DNA of 64,000 nt from a virus (lineage: Duplodnaviria > Caudoviricetes), in IMG/VR virus record IMGVR_UViG_3300020177_000966, one strand, 5' to 3'. The position numbers and the translations under genes were made by a program. The notes below the pieces were generated by a model that was given only the letters and a program-made list of their open reading frames with translations, did no database searches and was not told the DNA's origin. Shown here piece after piece: positions 57,777 to 64,000 of this stretch (positions are counted from its first letter, which is position 1; the number at the start of each line of letters is the position of its first letter).

Positions 57777-59255
57777 ATGGCATATATAATTAATTTAACA
57801 AATGGACAACAGTTAGCCACTGTCGAGGACGGAACCATTGACCAAAGTACTACTATTAAGTTAGTAGGTAAAAACTATGCCGGTTATGGTGAAATTCAAA
57901 ACGAAAACTTTGTACATTTACTTGAAAACTTCTCTAGCGGCAATTCACCTGCTAACCCATTAAGCGGTCAGATTTGGTTTGATAGTAGCTTAAAGAAGCT
58001 CAAGTTTTATGACGGCACAAAATTTAGAACAACAGGCGGAGCTGAAGTATCCGGCACACAACCAGTTGGATTAACTACTGGTGATTTTTGGTGGGATACA
58101 TCAAATAACCAACTGTATGCACAAAATAGCGACGGTGGATTTGTCCTAATTGGTCCACAATCTATTGGTGATACAGTAACAGCTATGGTTACTTCGCAAG
58201 TAAGAGATACTACCCTAACAAATAGAACTATTATTAAAGGTACAGTCGAAGACGGCGTACAATTTATTATTAGTAATGCCGAATTTACTATTGACCAAAC
58301 AGATCCTTCGAATGTAATTACAGGTTTTGATGTAATTAGACAAGGTGTTACCTTACGAAACACAGGATCAACAGGTGTTACATCAAGTACTCATAGATTT
58401 TGGGGAACTGCAACTGATTCAGACCGATTAAACGGTCAACTAGCTTCGGCATATGCACTTTCAGGTAACGCAAATTTTACTAGTGTTGTTAGATTTGGCG
58501 ATGTTGGATTTACAGTCGGCGCGGCAAACGACTTAGCAGTATATATTGACCAAGCAGGAACTGGTGACGAAGGTGTTATTGAGAATACTACTGGACAAAA
58601 GATTAGGTTTAGAGTTAAATCTGTTGGAGGCGTAACAACTGAACCATTCCATGTTTCGGCTGTTGGACTAATTCCAACATCTACGACAACATACGACGTT
58701 GGCACTTCAAACTTTAAGTTTAGAAACATGTACGCAACTACATTTAACGGTCTTGCTACAAATGCAACTAACCTACAAGTTGGTGCAAACTTTAGAACAG
58801 GTGATGTAAACGCAACAAATAATACTGTAGCAGTTAGAGATAGTTCAGGTAACTTATCTGCTAATGTGTTTAATGGTATTTCAACTAGTGCTAGATATGC
58901 TGACTTAGCAGAAAAATATTCAACAAACGAAGAATTACCATTTGGTACAGTAGTAGCAGTTTGCGATCATCCTGATCACGAAGTAGAACCTACAAAAGTA
59001 GGTGATATAGCAATTGGTGTTGTATCGACTGATCCTGCATTTATGATGAATTCAGAAGCAGACGGACAGTACATTGCACTAAAAGGTCGTGTTCCTGTAA
59101 GAGTAACAGGTTCAGTTAAAAAAGGACAGGCAGTATATGTTGGAGACAACGGTACAGCAAATACAGTAATCAATGGCGGAAATTTAGTTGGTATTGCATT
59201 GGAATCAAACACTGAAGAGTCAGAAAAATTAGTTGAGTGCGTACTTAAAGTATAA
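57777..59255 (+). CDS. Tail fibre/baseplate structural protein (paralog) with a YADLAE C-terminal module
   Basis: Same N-terminus as its neighbours; C-terminal ARYADLAEKY...AIGVVSTDPAFMMN...IALKGRVPVRV. Confidence 0.75.
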   Translation: MAYIINLTNGQQLATVEDGTIDQSTTIKLVGKNYAGYGEIQNENFVHLLENFSSGNSPANPLSGQIWFDSSLKKLKFYDGTKFRTTGGAEVSGTQPVGLTTGDFWWDTSNNQLYAQNSDGGFVLIGPQSIGDTVTAMVTSQVRDTTLTNRTIIKGTVEDGVQFIISNAEFTIDQTDPSNVITGFDVIRQGVTLRNTGSTGVTSSTHRFWGTATDSDRLNGQLASAYALSGNANFTSVVRFGDVGFTVGAANDLAVYIDQAGTGDEGVIENTTGQKIRFRVKSVGGVTTEPFHVSAVGLIPTSTTTYDVGTSNFKFRNMYATTFNGLATNATNLQVGANFRTGDVNATNNTVAVRDSSGNLSANVFNGISTSARYADLAEKYSTNEELPFGTVVAVCDHPDHEVEPTKVGDIAIGVVSTDPAFMMNSEADGQYIALKGRVPVRVTGSVKKGQAVYVGDNGTANTVINGGNLVGIALESNTEESEKLVECVLKV

Positions 59256-59276
59256 GTATAGAAGAGGAAACATATT

Positions 59277-60191
59277 ATGGCAGTAGGCGATACAATTACC
59301 GCGGCAAGGTACAACATTATTCGAGCAAGAATTGCCGCAGTCTTAGGGCTCGGTTCCGGAGACGAAGGATACGGACAAGCAGTTGAAAGTGCTACAATTT
59401 CTTCAGGCGCAACAGTGCAAGCTGCCGACATGGTCAAACTTTACAATGACATGTATAGAATTAGACTACACCAAACTGGTGCAGTACCTACAGAAATTGC
59501 ACAACCATCAGTAGGCGATACTGTTGAGGAAAGCAATACTATATCAAAAGAAGGATATGTACAGTACGAATCCTTGAGTATTACATGTCAAGGCGCAAGA
59601 CTCAATGTTAATGCAAACCAAACAGGATTGCAGGCAGGAACATCAAGTCAAAGAACTGCAAGTTGGTCAACTGATATTAACCACATATTTACAGTAACGT
59701 TCCCCGGTTATGCTGTAACAAACGGCGACGGTTCTACAACTACAATTAGTGGTGCAGAACATATGCGTGTATTTTTTAACGCAGGCGGAACTATTAACCT
59801 AAGTGGTACTATTGGTTCAGGAAATACTCCAATTAACAACGACTGGAGAAATTTGATGACTAGCGTAGGAACTGTAGTATTTGGCAGAAGTACAACAAGC
59901 AACGGTTCAACTGGCACTAATTATGGATATTCAAACTTACCTGGCTCTTATACAGCAGTGTTTAACAAGACAGCAAGTGCGTACGGAGCCAATGATTACT
60001 TAGTTGAAGCACAGAAAAATGGTGCAGTACTAACGTTCCGTGTTACATTCAATGAAGATAAAGGCCCTAATCCCAACTTTGACGAAGCAGTAACGGCTAC
60101 AACAACAAGTACAATACAACAAAGAAGACCAAATAACGCAAGTAGTGTTAACGTTCCAGCGCCAACTTTCAATACAACTGACAACCTCTAA
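59277..60191 (+). CDS. Virion structural protein
   Basis: 304 aa, T/S/G-rich, at the end of the fibre operon; GAGGA SD. Confidence 0.65.
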   Translation: MAVGDTITAARYNIIRARIAAVLGLGSGDEGYGQAVESATISSGATVQAADMVKLYNDMYRIRLHQTGAVPTEIAQPSVGDTVEESNTISKEGYVQYESLSITCQGARLNVNANQTGLQAGTSSQRTASWSTDINHIFTVTFPGYAVTNGDGSTTTISGAEHMRVFFNAGGTINLSGTIGSGNTPINNDWRNLMTSVGTVVFGRSTTSNGSTGTNYGYSNLPGSYTAVFNKTASAYGANDYLVEAQKNGAVLTFRVTFNEDKGPNPNFDEAVTATTTSTIQQRRPNNASSVNVPAPTFNTTDNL

Positions 60192-60226
60192 GATTAAATA
60201 GTTTATACTTAACTAGGAGTATAACT

Positions 60227-60574
60227 ATGGATAACGATCTAAAGAAAGCATTAGAGTTTGCTAATTTTTCTGCGACACTTAGTACACAAAAGCGACTATT
60301 GCAACAAAAATATCAAGAAGACTTAGTACTGTATCACTTAGGCGGAAGATTCACTGTTTCAAAAGAGTTATTTTCTTTTGTTTCTAATCTACTAATGCTC
60401 GATGTTAAGAAAACAGTAATTACAGATGATAACGACACCCCAGTATTAGTCGAAGATCTAAAACAGTTTGTTAATTTAGCAAAACAGCAATATGTTACAG
60501 CATCTAATAGATACTATTCTGAATACACAATCCTTACAGCTAAAAGAAATGTTGAAGGCTTAGTTAATGAGTAA
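60227..60574 (+). CDS. Hypothetical protein
   Basis: 115 aa; TTAAATA promoter near 60194-60200 and an AGGAG SD. Confidence 0.7.
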   Translation: MDNDLKKALEFANFSATLSTQKRLLQQKYQEDLVLYHLGGRFTVSKELFSFVSNLLMLDVKKTVITDDNDTPVLVEDLKQFVNLAKQQYVTASNRYYSEYTILTAKRNVEGLVNE

Positions 60575-61397
60575 AGGTGTATTATGCTTTGCAAATAATA
60601 ATGGTGAAATTGATTATGTAAAGCAAGCAGTTTTGCTTGCTAATCGAATTCGCAAGCATTTAAACTTGCCCACTACGGTTGTAACTTCAACTCCAGATGC
60701 AATTAATAGCAGTTATAGAAAAATATTTGATAACGTTATTACTATCAGCGACTCAGATAATAATTTTAAACGATATCGAAACGGCCAAGAAACTTATAAA
60801 ACTTTATATTTTAAAAATTTTGGTAGGTCTAACAGTTATGAGTTAACTCCTTATAATCAGACCTTAGTATTAGACACTGATATTATTATTTGTAATGATA
60901 CATTGAAACACGCATTTGATAGCATCCATGAATTTCAAATCTATAAAGAATGTATTGATGTAGCATCATGGCGCAAGCATAAAGAATTTGATTATATTAA
61001 TGATAAGGGTATTCCATTTTATTGGGCTTCAATATTTTATTTTAAAAAAACGCCAGAAATTAAAACATTCTTTACTATATTAAATTATGTAGTAAACAAT
61101 TGGGAACATTATCAATATGTTTATGATCTAGGATCTCGTAACTTTAGAAATGATCATGCGTTTAGTATTGCAATACACATACTGAACGGATTTAAAGATT
61201 TAGACTGGGCTAAATCGTTGCCTGGAAAGTTATATTATTCTCTAGATAGAGATATTTTACATAAGCTACACGATGAACAATTAACATTTCTTCTTGAAAA
61301 GGAGAATATTCATGGCGAGTATACATTAGCATCAACAAATAATATGAATGTACACGTAATGAATAAATTTAGTTTGGATAAGTTAATAAATGTCTAA
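60567..61397 (+). CDS. GT-A fold glycosyltransferase (GT8-like)
   Basis: SYELTPYNQTLVLDTDII (DxD); RNDHAFSIA. Confidence 0.7.
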   Translation: MSKGVLCFANNNGEIDYVKQAVLLANRIRKHLNLPTTVVTSTPDAINSSYRKIFDNVITISDSDNNFKRYRNGQETYKTLYFKNFGRSNSYELTPYNQTLVLDTDIIICNDTLKHAFDSIHEFQIYKECIDVASWRKHKEFDYINDKGIPFYWASIFYFKKTPEIKTFFTILNYVVNNWEHYQYVYDLGSRNFRNDHAFSIAIHILNGFKDLDWAKSLPGKLYYSLDRDILHKLHDEQLTFLLEKENIHGEYTLASTNNMNVHVMNKFSLDKLINV

Positions 61398-62190
61398 AGG
61401 ATATGTAATGATGGCTTCAGGCAAAGATTATGTGAAACAGGCATATCTTTGCGCATTGAGTATTAAGAAAACACAAGAAATTAATAGTGTTTCTATTATT
61501 ACTAATGATAAACTTCCAGATGAGTATCGTAATGTATTTGATAATGTAATTGCTATACCTTGGCAATCTGGCACCGACTTTTATCGTACTGAAGATCGTT
61601 GGAAAATCTTTCATGTAACTCCCTATACAGAAACTATTGTTTTAGATACTGACATGATATTTTTATCTAATATAGACCATGTTTGGACCTATTTAGAAAA
61701 ATATGACGTATGCTTTACTACAAATGTTCAAACATATAAAGGTACTATAGTTAAAGATAATTATTATAGACAAGCATTTATAAAAAATAACTTACCAAAC
61801 GTGTATTGTGCATTTCATTATTTTAAAAAGAACGATATTGGATTACAATATTATAAACATCTAGAATTAGTTTGTAAAAATCATGAGGAATTTTACAATA
61901 TTTACTTAAAGAAATTAAAGCCTAGGTTAAGTAGTATGGATATCAATCATGCAATAGCAGTTTTAAATACTAATTTAGAAAAATACTCTTGCAACTTATT
62001 ATCATTTACTCACATGAAATCAAAAGTACAAGACTGGAGTAATCCAAGTGATAATTGGTTAGATGACATTCCGTATTATATGGATGATGAATGTAACTTA
62101 AAAATAGGAAATTATAGTCAGTTAGGTGTATTTCATTATACAGAAGATAAATTTTGTAATCAAATTATGGAGAAATACAATGTATGCTAA
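61390..62190 (+). CDS. GT-A fold glycosyltransferase (GT8-like), paralog of the upstream gene
   Basis: FHVTPYTETIVLDTDMIF (DxD); FTHMK; FHYT. Confidence 0.7.
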   Translation: MSKGYVMMASGKDYVKQAYLCALSIKKTQEINSVSIITNDKLPDEYRNVFDNVIAIPWQSGTDFYRTEDRWKIFHVTPYTETIVLDTDMIFLSNIDHVWTYLEKYDVCFTTNVQTYKGTIVKDNYYRQAFIKNNLPNVYCAFHYFKKNDIGLQYYKHLELVCKNHEEFYNIYLKKLKPRLSSMDINHAIAVLNTNLEKYSCNLLSFTHMKSKVQDWSNPSDNWLDDIPYYMDDECNLKIGNYSQLGVFHYTEDKFCNQIMEKYNVC

Positions 62191-62701
62191 TTGGGATAGA
62201 AAACAGTATGCATGTTTTGTTAAAGAAACAGGCGAACTGTTTAGTGTAGGGGCTTCCATTGAAGATGGCTACGAATATATTGAAGTTACCGAAAGAGAAA
62301 TAGCACCAATACAGTCCTATGAAGATAAAATGGAAGATTACAGAGTTCTGTTTGACATTATAACTAAAACTTATAAGTTAAAAAAGAACATATCTATAAA
62401 TGATAAATTTGTTTTCAATAAAGTATTGCATATATCTGATGATAGTTTGCATGATCTAATATTTACAGTTGACAAGCAACATAATTTATGTTATATTAGT
62501 ACAAATCAGAGTCTTGTAGACTCTAAGTTAGAAGAAGAAATACTGTTTAGTGTAACAAAAAAAGAAGATCCGCATTTTTTGTATAAGTCAGTTAAGTTCA
62601 ATTTAAGTGACACACAACATGTAGATTTAAACGTACCAGATGAATACAGCATTTATTCAAATAGCAAAATAACTAGATGCGTGTATGAGGAAAAGAAATG
62701 A
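62180..62701 (+). CDS. Hypothetical protein
   Basis: Start set at ATG 62180 after GGAG; overlaps its neighbours on both sides. Confidence 0.65.
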   Translation: MYANWDRKQYACFVKETGELFSVGASIEDGYEYIEVTEREIAPIQSYEDKMEDYRVLFDIITKTYKLKKNISINDKFVFNKVLHISDDSLHDLIFTVDKQHNLCYISTNQSLVDSKLEEEILFSVTKKEDPHFLYKSVKFNLSDTQHVDLNVPDEYSIYSNSKITRCVYEEKK

Positions 62702-63618
62702 AGTTAAAGATTGCAGAACAAGATATTATATATTTGAGTTATGATGAACCTAATGCAGAAGAAAATTATGCTGACTTGCTTACTAAGGCACCTTGGGCTA
62801 AACGTGTGCATGGCGTAGAAGGTAGTGATGCCGCACATAAAGCATGTGCTGAATTAAGTGAAACGGATCGATTTATTACAGTTGATGGCGATAATAAAAT
62901 TCGTCCAGATTTTATTAATCAAGTATTAGACTTTGACGAACATACAGATTTAGAAAATAGTGTTATTAGCTGGTGTGGTAAAAATGCTATTAATGGACTT
63001 ATGTACGGCAACGGCGGTTTAAAATGTTGGCCTAAAGAGTATGTGCTTAATATGCGTACACACGAAAACGCCGATCCAGATAATAAGTCTGCCCAAGTAG
63101 ATTTTTGTTGGGACTTGCAATACATTCAACAGAACAGTTGCTATAGTGATGTGTATAATAACGCCACGCCACATCAAGCATGGCGAGCTGGATTTCGTGA
63201 AGGTGTAAAGATGGCATTAGACCGAGGTGTTAAACCTACTAAAGAAAATTTCCTTTCTGGCCATTGGAAAAATTTACACAGACTGTGGATTTGGTTAATG
63301 GTTGGTTCTGATACTCCAAATGGAAACTGGGCAATTTATGGAGCACGTGAAGGTCTAGTTGCTACAATGTTAGATGATTGGGATTATGTAAATGTAAGAG
63401 ATTTTAAATATTTAAACGATCTATGGGCCGGCCGAGATGCGTTGCCACTAGAAGTATTACATGACGAAATTTTTATACATGGCGCACGCCTAGTAAATGA
63501 ACTAGAATGTCCAATTGCTATTCAGCCATTTACTGAAGAACAAAGTGCTTTTTTTAAAACAGTTTATCAAAATCCTAGTAGAAATAGTGCCCAGCAGTTT
63601 ATTATAGACAAGGAATAA
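62698..63618 (+). CDS. Glycosyltransferase-like protein
   Basis: IIYLSYDEPNAEENY...FITVDGDN (DxD)...AWRAGFREGVKM. Confidence 0.6.
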   Translation: MKLKIAEQDIIYLSYDEPNAEENYADLLTKAPWAKRVHGVEGSDAAHKACAELSETDRFITVDGDNKIRPDFINQVLDFDEHTDLENSVISWCGKNAINGLMYGNGGLKCWPKEYVLNMRTHENADPDNKSAQVDFCWDLQYIQQNSCYSDVYNNATPHQAWRAGFREGVKMALDRGVKPTKENFLSGHWKNLHRLWIWLMVGSDTPNGNWAIYGAREGLVATMLDDWDYVNVRDFKYLNDLWAGRDALPLEVLHDEIFIHGARLVNELECPIAIQPFTEEQSAFFKTVYQNPSRNSAQQFIIDKE

Positions 63619-63619
63619 A

Positions 63620-64000
63620 ATGGAATTAACAGATCCTAAAAAAGTTAAAGAAAAGTTAAATCAAGTAGGATGCGGATTCTGTTTGGCTAAATGGACACAG
63701 GTTACTATACACTTAGGATCAGGATTAAATCATAGTTGTCATCATGTAAAGGCACATACAATTCCAATTAACGAAGTTGAAGAAAATCCGCAATTACTAC
63801 ATAATACAATGTTTAAAAAGAATACACGCCAACAGATGAAAAGCGGTGAAAGACCTAGTGAATGTGATTACTGTTGGCGCATTGAAGATAACACGGATCA
63901 TTATAGTGATAGAATATGGAAAAGTAGAAATTATTGGAGTTGGCCAGATTATCACAAAATTGTAAATTCTAACGCATATGATGATTTTTATCCTAGATAT
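63620..64000 (+). CDS. Radical SAM protein with an N-terminal twitch/SPASM-like Cys cluster, truncated by window edge
   Basis: Not in the track. ATG at 63620 after AAGGA: MELTDPKKVKEKLNQVGCGFCLAKWTQVTIHLGSGLNHSCHH...RPSECDYCWRIED. The core CxxxCxxC motif is not inside the window. Confidence 0.55.
   Translation, partial: MELTDPKKVKEKLNQVGCGFCLAKWTQVTIHLGSGLNHSCHHVKAHTIPINEVEENPQLLHNTMFKKNTRQQMKSGERPSECDYCWRIEDNTDHYSDRIWKSRNYWSWPDYHKIVNSNAYDDFYPRY

Noticed and set aside
604-59996. Numerous antisense or out-of-frame ORFs in the track (e.g. 604..969, 1435..1800, 12928..13335, 13020..13496, 48510..49022, 54769..55251, 58976..59437)
   Set aside because: They lie opposite long, motif-bearing genes, lack SD or promoter signals, and have the S/P/L/V-rich composition expected of reverse-complement shadows.
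1-64000. Stop-codon reassignment as seen in some large phages
   Set aside because: Long genes are intact in the standard code, and TAA, TAG (gp21; 22472) and TGA (gp46, gp25) all end genes at sensible points.
1-64000. CRISPR array, tRNA genes, rRNA, integrase/transposase, or a diversity-generating retroelement
   Set aside because: I saw no regularly spaced repeats, cloverleafs, recombinase or reverse transcriptase motifs. Similar blocks in the two fibre paralogs differ at synonymous positions rather than only at adenines.

Overview
This window is 64 kb of an AT-rich, very densely coded T4-like (Tevenvirinae-type module) large myophage, covering most of the morphogenesis region. Left arm (minus strand): large fibre/adhesin-like virion proteins, major capsid (gp23), scaffold (gp22), prohead protease (gp21), an acidic core protein, portal (gp20) and a tape-measure-like protein. 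Middle: a gp26-like hub chaperone, a small accessory island, gp46/gp47 (Rad50/Mre11-like) and a gp55-like late sigma factor. Right arm (plus strand): baseplate genes (gp48/54-like, gp53-like, hub, gp5 with a GH19 domain, PAAR-peptidase M15, gp25, gp6, a 4987-aa wedge protein), tail-fibre paralogs, then a glycosyltransferase/radical-SAM operon. Genes use the standard code, AGGAG ribosome-binding sites, NTAA(A/G)TA late promoters and two consensus sigma70 promoters. The most interesting signals are not in the ORF track. (1) A roughly 370-nt, multiply pseudoknotted non-coding RNA starts right at the stop codon of a minimal GIY-YIG nuclease, forming its own transcription unit. (2) An apparent programmed -1 frameshift (T TTT TTC plus a strong hairpin) fuses the gp26-like gene to a start-less downstream ORF. 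(3) A GC-rich structured 5' leader precedes a fibre gene. (4) A set of late genes appears leaderless. (5) A sigma70 promoter and a late promoter sit back-to-back at gp55. All protein assignments come from motif recognition by eye, and all RNA pairings were found by hand; no searches or folding programs were run.
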